A stretch of 64,000 nt of DNA from Macrostomum hystrix (taxonomy: Eukaryota > Animalia > Platyhelminthes), in NCBI GenBank assembly GCA_950097015.1, contig CATNEN010000003.1, positions 3,534,001-3,598,000 on the forward strand, given 5' to 3'. This document shows positions 21,095 to 33,693 of the stretch, piece by piece. The translations under genes and the position numbers were made by a program. Position 1 is the stretch's first letter. Every line of letters begins with the position of its first letter. Under the pieces are notes generated by a model, which saw only the letters and a list, made by a program, of their open reading frames with translations, did no database searches and was not told where the DNA came from.

Positions 21095-21660
21095 TCTGAT
21101 CTCATCCTCTAGTCTCCACCTCTAGTCTCACCCCAAGTCTCAAGCTCTAGTCTCACCCCAAGTCTAAACCTCTAGTCTCACCCCTAGTCTCAACCTCTAG
21201 TCTCATAATCCTGTCTCATCCCAAATCTTATCCTCTAGACTCATCCTCCAGTCTCATTCCAAATCTCATCCTCCAGTCTCATCCCAAATCTCATCCTCCA
21301 GTCTCATCCCAAATCTCATCCTCCAGTCTCATCCCAAATCTCATCCTCCAGTCTCATCCCAAATCTCATCCTCCAGTCTCATCCCAAATCTCATCCTCCA
21401 GTCTCATCCCAAATCTCATCCTCCAGTCTCATCCTCAAATCTCATCCTCCAGTCTCATCCCAAATCTCATCCTCCAGTCTCATCCCAAATCTCATCCTCC
21501 AGTCTCATCCCAAATCTCATCCTCCAGTCTCATCCCAAATCTCATCCCCCTTAGTATTACTCCAAGTCTCATCCTCCAGTCTCATCCTAAATCTCATCCT
21601 CCAGTCTCATCCTTCAATCTCATCCTCCAGTCTCATCCTCTAATCTCATCCTCCAGTCTT
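21095..21660. repeat. 25-bp (13+12) pyrimidine-rich minisatellite
   Basis: ctccagtctcatcccaaatctcatc repeats with degenerate flanks. Confidence 0.93.
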
Positions 21661-22139
21661 AAAAGCCCATTTTCCATTTTTAGTAATTTTTCGTAAAACC
21701 CCTTAAAACATGACGGTACTTCCATGATAAAAGATAAAAATAAATAATTTTATTTTGGCTATTTAAAGAAACATCAGTCTTAGATCGCAAAAATAATTTC
21801 GAGCTGTTTTCGTAAGCATAGAAATATCCGGGTGTAGATAAACCTCGTGAATTCATTTGTACTTTTATTTCTATCTACATATAGAATGGTCAATAACAGT
21901 TTTTCGGTTCCCATAGATAAGAATGTCAAGTTACTCGAAATGGTTATAAGTACTATTGACACAAATGTATGGATCAAGCAAGCATTAAAAATAACATCAG
22001 AGGCTTTTTTAAACAAACAATGTGCTCAAACTTTAAAAAGTCATTAAATATGCTCGCGTTACTCAAATTCAATTTTGAAACTTATTTATCTCTTCATCTC
22101 ATAAACTTAAGCTTCCCGTATATCGCGAGAATCACTTCC

Positions 22140-25100
22140 CAGACAGCGTCTCATGAGAATCTATTCCCGCTGTCTCATGAGAATCTATTCCCAGTGTCTC
22201 ATGAGAATCTATTCCCACTGTCTCATGAGAATCTCTTCCGAGTGTCTCATGAGAATCTATTCTCACTGGCTCATCAGAATCTATTCCCACTGTCTCATGA
22301 GAATCTATTCCCAGTGTCGCATGAGAATCTATTCCCAGTGTCTCATGAGAATCTATTCCCAGTGTCTCATGAGAATCTATTCCCAGTGTCTCATGAGAAT
22401 CTATTCCCAGTGTCTCATGAGAATCTATTCCCACTGTCTCATGAGAATCTATTCCCAGTGTCGCATGAGAATCTATTCCCAGTGTCTCATGAGAATCTAT
22501 TCCCAGTGTCTCATGAGAATCTATTCCCAGTGTCTCATGAGAATCTATTCCCAGTGTCTCATGAGAATCTATTCCCAGTGTCGCATGAGAATCTATTCCC
22601 AGTGTCTCATGAGAATCTATTCCCAGTGTCGCATGAGAATCTATTCCCAGTGTCTCATGAGAATCTATTCCCAGTGTCTCATGAGAATCTATTCCCAGTG
22701 TCGCATGAGAATCTATTCCCAGTGTCTCATGAGAATCTATTCCCACTGTCTCATGAGAATCTCTTCCGAGTGTCTCATGAGAATCTATTCCCACTGTCTC
22801 ATGAGAATCTATTCCCAGTGTCTCATGAGAATCTATTCCCACTGTCTCATGAGAATCTATTCCCACTGTCTCATGAGAATCTATTCCCAGTGTCTCATGA
22901 GAATCTATTCCCACTGTCTCATGAGAATCTATTCCCAGTGTCTCATGAGAATCTATTCCCAGTGTCTCATGAGAATCTATTCCCAGTGTCTCATGAGAAT
23001 CTATTCCCAGTGTCTCATGAGAATCTATTATCAGTGTCTCATGAGAATCTATTCCCACTGTCTCATGAGAATCTATTCCCTGTGTCGCATGAGAATCTAT
23101 TCCCAGTGTCTCATGAGAATCTATTCCCAGTGTCTCATGAGAATCTATTTCCAGTGTCTCATGAGAATCTATTCTGAGTGTCTCATGAGAATCTATTCCC
23201 AGTGTCTCATGAGAATCTATTCCCAGTGTCTCATGAGAATCTATTCCCAGTGTCTCATGAGAATCTATTCCCAGTGTCTCATGAGAATCTATTCCCACTG
23301 TCTCATGAGAATCTATTCCCAGTGTCGCATGAGAATCTATTCCCAGTGTCTCATGAGAATCTATTCCCAGTGTCTCATGAGAATCTATTCCCAGTGTCTC
23401 ATGAGAATCTATTCCGAGTGTCTCATGAGAATCTATTCCCAGTGTCTCATGAGAATATATTCCCAGTGTCTCATGAGAATCTATTCCCAGTGTCTCATGA
23501 GAATCTATTTCCAGTGTCTCATGAGAATCTATTCTGAGTGTCTCATGAGAATCTATTCCCAGTGTCTCATGAGAATCTATTCCCAGTGTCTCATGAGAAT
23601 CTATTCCCAGTGTCTCATGAGAATCTATTCCGAGTGTCTCATGAGAATCTATTCCCAGTGTCTCATGAGAATCTATTCCCAGTGTCTCATGAGAATCTAT
23701 TCCCACTGTCTCATGAGAATCTCTTCCGAGTGTCTCATGAGAATCTATTCTCACTGGCTCATCAGAATCTATTCTCACTGGCTCATGAGAATCTATTCTC
23801 ACTGGCTCATCAGAATCTATTCTCACTGTCTCATGAGAATCTATTCTCACTGGCTCATCAGAATCTATTCTCACTGTCTCATGAGAATCTATTCCCAGTG
23901 TCTCATGAGAATCTATTCTCACTGGCTCATCAGAATCTATTCTCACTGTCTCATGAGAATCTATTCCCAGTGTCTCATGAGAATCTATTTCCAGTGTCTC
24001 ATGAGAATCTATTCTGAGTGTCTCATGAGAATCTATTCCCAGTGTCTCATGAGAATCTATTCCCAGTGTCTCATGAGAATCTATTCCCAGTGTCTCATGG
24101 GAATCTATTCCCACTGTCTCATGAGAATCTATTCCCAGTGTCTCATGAGAATCTATTCTCAGTGTCTCATGAGAATCTATTCCCAGTGTCTCATGGGAAT
24201 CTATTCCCACTGTCTCATGAGAATCTATTCCCAGTGTCTCATGAGAATCTATTCCCAGTGTCTCATGAGAATCTATTCCCAGTGTCTCATGAGAATCTAT
24301 TCCCACTGTCTCATGAGAATCTATTCCCAGTGTCTCATGGGAATCTATTCTCAGTGTCTCATGAGAATCTATTCCCAGTGTCTCATGAGAATCTATTCCC
24401 AGTGTCTCATGAGAATCTATTATCAGTGTCTCATGAGAATCTATTCCCACTGTCTTATGAGAATCTATTCCCAGTGTCTCATGAGAATCTATTCCCAGTG
24501 TCTCATGAGAATCTATTCCCAGTGTCTCATGAGAATCTATTCTCAATGTCTCATGAGAATCTATTCCCAGTGTCTCATGAGAATCTATTCCCAGTGTCTC
24601 ATGGGAATCTATTCCCACTGTCTCATGAGAATCTATTCCCAGTGTCTCATGAGAATCTATTCCCAGTGTCTCATGGGAATCTATTCCCACTGTCTCATGA
24701 GAATCTATTCCCAGTGTCTCATGAGAATCTATTCCCAGTGTCTCATGAGAATCTATTCCCACTGTCTCATGAGAATCTATTCCCAGTGTCTCATGAGAAT
24801 CTATTCTGAGTGTCTCATGAGAATCTATTCCCAGTGTCTCATGAGAATCTATTCCCACTGTCTCATGAGAATCTATTCCCAGTGTCTCATGAGAATCTAT
24901 TCCCAGTGTCTCATGAGAATCTATTCCCAGTGTCTCATGAGAATCTATTATCAGTGTCTCATGAGAATCTATTCCCACTGTCTTATGAGAATCTATTCCC
25001 AGTGTCTCATGAGAATCTATTCCCAGTGTCTCATGAGAATCTATTCCCAGTGTCTCATGAGAATCTATTCTCAATGTCTCATGAGAATCTATTCCCAGTG

Positions 25101-25545
25101 TCTCATGAGAATCTATTCCCAGTGTCTCATGGGAATCTATTCCCACTGTCTCATGAGAATCTATTCCCAGTGTCTCATGAGAATCTATTCTCAGTGTCTC
25201 ATGAGAATCTATTCCCAGTGTCTCATGGGAATCTATTCCCACTGTCTCATGAGAATCTATTCCCAGTGTCTCATGGGAATCTATTCCCACTGTCTCATGA
25301 GAATCTATTCCCAGTGTCTCATGGGAATCTATTCCCACTGTCTCATGAGAATCTATTCCCAGTGTCTCATGAGAATCTATTCCCAGTGTCTCATGAGAAT
25401 CTATTCCCACTGTCTCATGAGAATCTATTCCCAGTGTCTCATGAGAATCTATTCCCAGTGTCTCATGAGAATCTATTCCCACTGTCTCATGAGAATCTAT
25501 TCCCAGTGTCTCATGGGAATCTATTCTCAGTGTCTCATGAGAATC
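22140..25545. repeat. 24-bp minisatellite (TCTCATGAGAATCTATTCCCAGTG), about 140 copies
   Basis: Strict 24-bp period. The unit contains the 10-bp palindrome TCTCATGAGA. Confidence 0.98.
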
Positions 25546-25974
25546 GCTCCTCTTTTCTTGAGCCGTGTTCTCGTGGAAATCGCAGTAATTTTCATTGTTA
25601 TCTAAGTTATCTAAGGTACATTGTATTGTAGAAGGATAGTGAGTCATTCATCCGGCTGTCCATTTAGACACTATAATTGTTGAGAGCTAAACTAGTTTTA
25701 GGTAGTAAAAAACGAGTGTTTTGTTGTAAACGCGCAAATCCAGGCACCCGATTCGTTTATTATATTCCTTTCCAAACTTCTTGGCTGCGTAAGCGACGGC
25801 ATTGTTATTTTCTGTTCTGAAAAAAACATCCGTGTTCCTGTTTGACTTATTTACGACTCTTAGTCCGTGTAGAGTTGTTTTTGTAGCGAACAGGTTCTCA
25901 TTGTATTCATTTATGATATACAGAAGTCTTTACTTAAAAATCGAACAGTTTATAGAGAAGTCATTTCTGTACTG

Positions 25975-26567
25975 TCTAACAGTTTCTACAGAAGTCCTAA
26001 CTGTAATGTCTAACAGTTTCTACAGAAGTCCTAACTGTAATGTCTAACAGTTTGTTTCTACAGAAGTCCTAACTGTAATGTCTAACAGTTTCTACAGAAG
26101 TCCTAACTGTAATGTCTAACAGTTTCTACAGAAGTCCTAATTGTAATGTCTAACAGTTTCTACAGAAGTCCTAACTGTAATGTCTAACAGTTTCTACAGA
26201 AGTCCTAACTGTAATGTCTAACAGTTTCTACAGAAGTCCTAACTGTAATGTCTAACAGTTTCTACAGAAGTCCTAACTGTAATGTCTAACAGTTTGTTTC
26301 TACAGAAGTCCTAACTGTAATGTCTAACAGTTTCTACAGAAGTCCTAACTGTAATGTCTAACAGTTTCTACAGAAGTCCTAATTGTAATGTCTAACAGTT
26401 TCTACAGAAGTCCTAACTGTAATGTCTAACAGTTTCTACAGAAGTCCTAACTGTAATGTCTAACAGTTTCTACAGAAGTCCTAACTGTAATGTCTAACAG
26501 TTTCTACAGAAGTCCTAACTGTAATGTCTAACAGTTTCTACAGAAGTCCTAACTGTAATGTCTAACA
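25975..26567. repeat. 34-bp minisatellite, about 17 copies
   Basis: tctaacagtttctacagaagtcctaactgtaatg. Confidence 0.96.
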
Positions 26568-26569
26568 CT

Positions 26570-27385
26570 TTAGTTTGGACACTAACTAGCAGTAAAGTTC
26601 AGACACTCCGAGGAGAGACGGGATGGGCTTGGAGCGTACAGACACTCGCTAAGCCCGGCACAGAAGGATGCGTGAAGGCTTTGACTGCGAGCGGGTAGCC
26701 ACTCGACAGCCCCAGAGAGAGGTGAATGACGGTCTGGAGGTGTACCGACGCTTCGCAGACTCGAGGGAAGAGTCTGGAGGAGAAGGATGATGATGATGAG
26801 CTTTTGGCAGCAGCAGAGGTCGGGCAGAGGAACAAGGTTTGAGCACGGACAAATAAATAACTCGTTAATGCTTTTCTTCCCGGGAGGGATCGAACGCTGC
26901 ACTCATGGCAATTAGTGTAGCTTAGGCTGCGTAGTTTATTATTGTATTGATTGTTCGCTTCTAACTTCCTAATTAAGTTATCGCTCTAACTCAGGGCAGC
27001 GTTCTCACAATAGTACTCGGGAGGCGCGGGGGCTGGCCACGGGCAGCGCGCGCTAAATAATAACAGCGTGGGGTGGGGCGAGGGCATAGGGCTGGACGGG
27101 GTAGGGCTAAGCCACGCAGGGCTGGGGTGGGAGCAAACACACAAGGCTGAGAGCCGAGAGAGAGAGAAGGAGGCCGGCAGCCAATCAGAAGTCTCCTTGG
27201 CGAGAGGCATGATTTAACAAGCGAAGACGGCGCAGGGGGCAGCCAATGGGCGAGCGACAAACAACGATAAAGGAGGGTGGCCTAAGCTGGGGCCGGGCAG
27301 AACTGGATTGAGCAGGTGGCCGGGGTGGAAGGGTTAGAGTCGTAGGGGTTGGGGCAAGGTCATTGTGAGACGCAGCTCAGAACAT
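26570..27385. mobile_element. GC-rich LTR/promoter-like insertion (unclassified)
   Basis: Abrupt GC-rich block with CCAAT boxes (27181, 27243) and AATAAA, similar in composition to the solo LTR. No convincing termini or TSD found. Confidence 0.3.
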
Positions 27386-27539
27386 AAAGAAAAATTTATA
27401 GCTACTTTTTCTTAATTATTCTTAGATTCTAATGCCGAAATGGTGCAACATTTTGTTCTCTCGTTTTTAAAGAACGACACTTACTTTATTTATTACTTAT
27501 TCTAGAATTTTTTGTTAGTGCTTAATATATTAGATTACT

Positions 27540-27752
27540 CATTGCCTCAGACGATTCCCCATCAGATTCTAGATTGCCTCGGACGATTCCCTATCAGATT
27601 CTAGATTGCCTCGGACGATTCTATATCAGATTCTAGATTTCCTTGGACGATTCCCTATCAGATTCTAAATAGCCTCGGACGATTCCCTATCCGATTCTGC
27701 ATTGCCTCGGACGATTCTATACCAGATTCTACTTTGCCTCGGACGATTCCTC
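27540..27752. repeat. 32-bp tandem repeat (about 6-7 copies)
   Basis: attgcctcggacgattccctatcagattctag. Confidence 0.9.
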
Positions 27753-28682
27753 GTTTCCTCGGGCGATACCGCCAGTTTTGTCTAATGCCATTATTCATTC
27801 CTCGTCCCTGTTTGGAGACCTGACAATTACTTTTACCCAACCGGTAGGAAGAAAAATATTGAAAACGAAATCCAGGACACTGAAACTTGTTTTCGGTATC
27901 TTTCTATGCAACTCTCTATCTTACTCGTTGATAATTAATACCTTCTGCTGCGGAAAGAAAACTTACAAATGCGCAACAGCTAATACAGATGTTAACTTTG
28001 GAATGTTTGTTTTAATTCATTCTCTCGTCTGCTTAAGGAATGCTTAAACTTCTAGCTGTACAATAAACGAATGTACAATAAGTGCATATTATATTTCTCC
28101 ACCCACCCCACTCCTCTCCGTTCGTCATGCATGCAGGCAGGCATAAGGATGTGAAAATAAAAATTAATTTGAATCTCCAGTAATCTCCAGTTTTAGATTC
28201 GTGCGTCAGCGTGTGTGTGCACACTATTCTGTCGTGTGTGTGTGTATTTAATTTGCACAACCGTAATCTGCCAATGCGTGCACAGATAAGAACCTGGCCT
28301 CTCTCTCTCTCTTTTCTTTTAATCTGCTTCAGTTTTCTCTCTCTCTTTATGAGGAGAGAGACACGAAAATTAATGGACGAGAAAGCTTCGGTCAGGGCTG
28401 CAGGCTTGAATGGTTTTCTCATTGCAGAGTAAAGCATGAAAGGCTTCATTTTTTTCTCGGCGTGGGGTGGTCGTTGTGCGGAGGTGAGGTGGGCGGCTTT
28501 TTGCGGGCCACACGGCCATCCGCGTTGAAAAAATGCACTGGACTAGAGCTAGCCCCCTTATAGTTGTTAGTTTATAAATACACGAAGGAGACGATCATTG
28601 AGACAGTCGCGAGGACTTGAGAAAACTTTAACAAAGCACAGCAATTTTTAGTTTTCATAATTTAAACTAACAGACGAAAAGC

Positions 28683-29723
28683 ATGCCCGGGAGTTCCGTC
28701 AACACGAAGCGAGCCTCTTTTATTCACCGCGCCTTGTCAGCCGCCTCGTTCGCTTCGTCCAAGCGACGCCAACCGAAGCGTCTGCGCTTCCTACTGGCCT
28801 GTGATCCGGACCATGCCGAGCTGTTGAATGCCCTGGTGCTGGAGCTGCGGCCCAGTCTACCTGGCTGCCGACTGGAATGCGGCGCCATTGACGACGCTGC
28901 GAATGAGAGGTCGCGCAGGCACTACGACGCGATCTTCGTTGTGCTGTACCGACCGGATCAGCCCCTGCCAGACCAGCTGTCCCGCTCACTACTCAAAGAG
29001 AACTGGCGCTATCACCTGCTCTCTGCTGCTACAAACTGTTGTCGCTATGCGGTTGCCAACGCCGGTAGCTGCTGCTGCGACGGTGATAAAGTCGGACTGA
29101 CTCATTGGCAGTTTGTTGATAGTCGACACCTCCAGAATCAGCTGGGCGATCTGATGTACGAGCGAGCTCGAGGTGAGCAGCGCTGAGTGTTGCTGCTGGG
29201 TGGACTCAATGGATAGTGGTGGATAGAGTGAGATAAGAGGTAGATAAAGCTGGATAAAATGTGGATAGAGGTGGATAACTGTGTGATAGAGGTGTGTAGA
29301 GTGGGGTAGAAGCGGATAAGAGGTAGATAAAGGTGGATAAGAGTGTGATTGAGGTGGGTAAGATGTTGGATAGTGGTCGATAGAGTGGGATAAGAGGTAG
29401 ATAAAGGTGGATAAGATGAGGATAGAGGTGGATAGAAGTGGATAAGTGTCTGATAGAGGTGGATAATTGTGTGATAGAGGTGGATAGAGTGGGATAGAAG
29501 TGGATAAATACGATATAATTATATTAAGTTTAGGTCACAGCAGATATTGTACTATTGAGATAGAGTTGTATAAAATTTAAGTGTTGATTAATTAGATTCA
29601 CAAAATAATTTTCTGAAAAGCAGTTTAGCAAATCATAAAACATAACATAACGTATAATTTGGTCATTTTTCAGATGTTCAGCGTGTTCCTTGTGGCTCAT
29701 TGGATATTCGCAGTCGAAACTAA
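28683..29723 (+). CDS. Uncharacterised two-exon protein (about 179 aa)
   Basis: Exon 28683-29172 (donor GTGAGC) plus 29674-29723 (acceptor ttttcag), phase-compatible and ending DVQRVPCGSLDIRSRN*. GC-rich coding-like composition. TATAAATA at about 28573. Confidence 0.7.
29205..29510. repeat. Degenerate GGATAGA/GGATAAG low-complexity repeat in intron
   Basis: Recurrent gtggatagag / ggataagagg motifs. Confidence 0.75.
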
Positions 29724-30360
29724 GACTTCAACACACCTGAGTCTGTGCTGATCAGAAAATAAATGCAACAAAATCAAAGGAAATCAAAGTTGACAGTGAT
29801 TGCTCAAACTGTTTAGCAACTTCGAGTTTGTCATTCGATTTATCATCCAATAGCTATTGTTGCCAAAGCTAACAGTGTGTCATACAAATAGGTCCCTATT
29901 AGTTTTATATCTTATAGTTTTCATCGCCTAAATTCAATAGTTTGTAACAAGAAAAACGTTTCTTGAATGAAATAAACTCTGAGTAATTGTGTGCACTAAA
30001 ACCTGTGTAAAAATTTAGCATTTCTCTAGTAAACGCCTTATAATTAATGCTATGAATTATCATTTTCATTTTCTTTCTTATAAATTTCTAACTACGAGTA
30101 CTATGCGCCTACTGATAGTAATACGTATGCCTGGCGTATTCCTATTTTAGTTCAACTATGCAGGTTTAGGCATTATTGCTTTAGAAGCGCCAACGTGTTT
30201 ATAATTAAATAATTTTCAATAAATAAATTTCTGTTGCACTCACTATTAATAAGTAATTTATTTGCGACGTTAAAAGAAATAAATATCTGGAAACTTGCTT
30301 TAAAATTAGCAATAAAAGAAGTACTTAGTTTTGGTTTTAGTTTCACTTCAAATTACTGCA

Positions 30361-30666
30361 TCATTGATTAATTGATTACACCTGCCCCAATTGGGCCAGA
30401 TGTGCAGCCGACAGCACAGCCGCAGCTATTGCGCGGCGCATCTGAAGGCTGCGTACGGCTGTTCAGTCCATGGACTGGGGGGACGCCACACCCACCTTCA
30501 ATTATCCCAGCTGATGCTGCAGTACCCATTTAACAGCTGGGTGAACTGAAGCAATGCAGAGTGAAGTGTCTTGCTAAAGGACACAAATTGTTCCAGTGGA
30601 GTCGGGAATCGAACCCCCGACCTTCAAGTCGTGAGTCCGACGCTCTAACCACTAGGCTACAACCTC
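30361..30666 (-). mobile_element. tRNA-derived CORE-type SINE (family 1), near full length
   Basis: Minus strand has A box TAGCCTAGTGG and B box GGTTCGATTCC, then a CORE-like TGTGTCCTTTAGCAAGACACTTCAC..CACCCAGCTGTTAAATGGGTAC, then a short-repeat tail. A second copy lies at 35385-35628. Confidence 0.88.
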
Positions 30667-31129
30667 TTAACCGACAACCAAAAAGAGGTTGCACCGTACA
30701 AGAGTTTTCATTTTAGGACGGAAAACCATTTTATGCAGTTTTTTTCGAATATAGCATCTGGTTATGCTTGCAATGCTGTATGACAATGACCGTGGTGCTT
30801 TGTTATTACAAATCAGCATTTAATCAGAAAAAAAATATATATAAAGTTCGTATTAATACGTGTAGCTTATGAAAAGCATTTTACTGCAATTTGTAAAATG
30901 TTAAAATGCTGGAATGCTCAGTACAGTCAGTGGTCGTGCAGTCAGTTGTGCGCAGGCAATTTTCGTAGAACCATTTTATCGTCATTGATGAAACCAAATT
31001 GGTATTAGATCTAGTTATTCCCAATAAACTCGCACGATTCTAGATCTAGTTCTAACCCCAAAGTTTAATTATGCAAAGTTTGTGCATATTTTTTAATCTT
31101 TAATTTAGTTGTCCATATTAAATTTAGAA

Positions 31130-32135
31130 TAGTTCTAGATCTAGTTATCCCTGATGAATTCAGCATGTTCTAGATCTAGTTATCCCTGATGAATTCAGCA
31201 TGCTCTAGATCTAGTTATCCCTGATGAATTCAGCATGCTCTAGATCTAGTTATCCCTGATGAATTCAGCATGTTCTAGATCTAGTTATCCCTGATGAATT
31301 CAGCATGCTCTAGATCTAGTTATCCCTGATGAATTCAGCATGCTCTAGATCTAGTTATCCCTGATGAATTCAGCATGCTCTAGATCTAGTTATCCCTGAT
31401 GAATTCAGCATGCTCTAGATCTAGTTATCCCTGATGAATTCAGCATGCTCTAGATCTAGTTATCCCTGATGAATTCAGCATGCTCTAGATCTAGTTATCC
31501 CTGATGAATTCAGCATGCTCTAGATCTAGTTATCCCTGATGAATTCAGCATGCTCTAGATCTAGTTATCCCTGATGAATTCAGCATGCTCTAGATCTAGT
31601 TATCCCTGATGAATTCAGCATGCTCTAGATCTAGTTATCCCTGATGAATTCAGCATGCTCTAGATCTAGTTATCCCTGATGAATTCAGCATGTTCTAGAT
31701 CTAGTTATCCCTGATGAATTCAGCATGCTCTAGATCTAGTTATCCCTGATGAATTCAGCATGCTCTAGATCTAGTTATCCCTGATGAATTCAGCATGCTC
31801 TAGATCTAGTTATCCCTGATGAATTCAGCATGCTCTAGATCTAGTTATCCCTGATGAATTCAGCATGCTCTAGATCTAGTTATCCCTGATGAATTCAGCA
31901 TGCTCTAGATCTAGTTATCCCTGATGAATTCAGCATGCTCTAGATCTAGTTATCCCTGATGAATTCAACATGCTCTAGATCTAGTTATCCCTGATGAATT
32001 CAGCATGCTCTAGATCTAGTTATCCCTGATGAATTCAGCATGCTCTAGATCTAGTTATCCCTGATGAATTCAGCATGCTCTAGATCTAGTTATCCCTGAT
32101 GAATTCAGCATGCTCTAGATCTAGTTATCCCTGAT
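31130..32135. repeat. 35-bp minisatellite, about 28 copies
   Basis: tagatctagttatccctgatgaattcagcatgctc. Degenerate precursor-like copies at about 31005-31055. Confidence 0.97.
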
Positions 32136-32699
32136 TTAATAGACTGACACAATGCAGGATACTTTAATAAATTAATTACGGATAGTTGATAATACCTTTA
32201 TTACTACTGTTGGTAGCATATGAAAAAAAATATTCTGTTTTGTGTAGTGTGCGAAATTTAAAAGTTTCAATTTAGAAGCGAAACAAATTAAGCATACGAG
32301 AATATAACTCTAGTCGTTAATTAATAGTTTATAAGCAAAAAACCAGTGCATTACTTGTTATATAATCATATCTCATAAATAGATACAGATATAAAATTAT
32401 TCAATTACCCTGACTAAAATCGGCACATCACAGTGATCATTTTGTATCAATGCATTAATTTTGCTCTTAGGAAAAAAGCGAATGATATTAAAACATAGAA
32501 TGTCAAAGAAATTAATCATCTTGCTCAGTTACACATCGCATTATAAACTAAATAGTGGACCTATTCTTCAACCAAATAGACAAGGAACAGAAACATTAAC
32601 TGATTAACCTCTGTAGATAGATGCTTGAACTTTAGTCTAAAATCCTATCAAAGATGCTGCTCTAGATCCTACTGAAGACACTACTCAATATTACAATTT

Positions 32700-33605
32700 A
32701 AGACTCTACTCAAAATCCTTCCATCCAGGCTTACTCAAAATCCTTCCAATAGCATACTCAAGACTAGACCCTACTCGAGAGCTTACTCAAGAACCTACTC
32801 AAGAGCTTACTCAATAACCAACTCGAGAGCTTACTCAATAACCAACTCGAGAGCTTACTCAAGAACCTACTCAAGAGCTTACTCAAGAACCTACTCAAGA
32901 GCTTACTCAAGAGCTTACTCAATAACCTACTCAAGAGCTTACTCAAGAACCTACTCAAGAGCTTACTCAAGAACCTACTCAAGAGCTTACTCAAGAACCT
33001 ACTCAAGAGCTTACTCAATAACCAACTCGAGAGCTTACTCAATAACCAACTCGAGAGCTTACTCAATAACCAACTCGAGAGCTTACTCAATAACCAACTC
33101 GAGAGCTTACTCAAGAACCTACTCAAGAGCTTACTCAAGAACCTACTCAAGAGCTTACTCAATAACCAACTCGAGAGCTTACTCAAGAACCTACTCAAGA
33201 GCTTACTCAAGAACCTACTCAAGAGCTTACTCAAGAACCTACTCAAGAGCTTACTCAAGAGCTTACTCAATAACCTACTCAAGAGCTTACTCAAGAACCT
33301 ACTCAAGAGCTTACTCAAGAACCTATTCAAGAGCTTACTCAAGAACCTACTCAAGAGCTTACTCAAGAACCTACTCAAGAGCTTACTCAAGAACCTACTC
33401 AAGAGCTTACTCAAGAACCTACTCAAGAGCTTACTCAAGATCCTTCGAAGAGCATATTCAAGACTCGACTCTACTTGAGACCCTACTCAAGACCTTATCC
33501 TACTAAAGACCCTACTCAAGACCTTATCCTACTAAAGACCCTACTCAAGAGCATATATTACTAAAAAGGATACTCAAAAGCATACTCAAGAACCTACTTA
33601 AGAGT
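32700..33605. repeat. 12/24-bp minisatellite (CTTACTCAAGAG / CCTACTCAAGAA)
   Basis: Homogeneous core at 32770-33440 with diverged flanks. Confidence 0.93.
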
Positions 33606-33693
33606 GTGCTCAGTTTAAGATTAGACCCTGCACAAGATTCTAGATTCTAGAAAAGCCTATGCAACACCCTTCACAACAGCCTACTCAGGATCT

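Noticed and set aside
21969-25647. 1150-1171 aa ORFs on both strands
   Set aside because: They are translations of a stop-free 24-bp minisatellite. They are open in several frames at once, with no splice or coding context.
30590-30666. tRNA gene
   Set aside because: A and B boxes are present, but it continues into a CORE domain and is repeated at 35385-35628, so it is a SINE head.
31130-32135. CRISPR-like or hammerhead array (35-bp palindromic unit containing CTGATGA)
   Set aside because: Units are head-to-tail with no unique spacers and no cas genes. There is no GAAA core partner or stem arrangement for a hammerhead.
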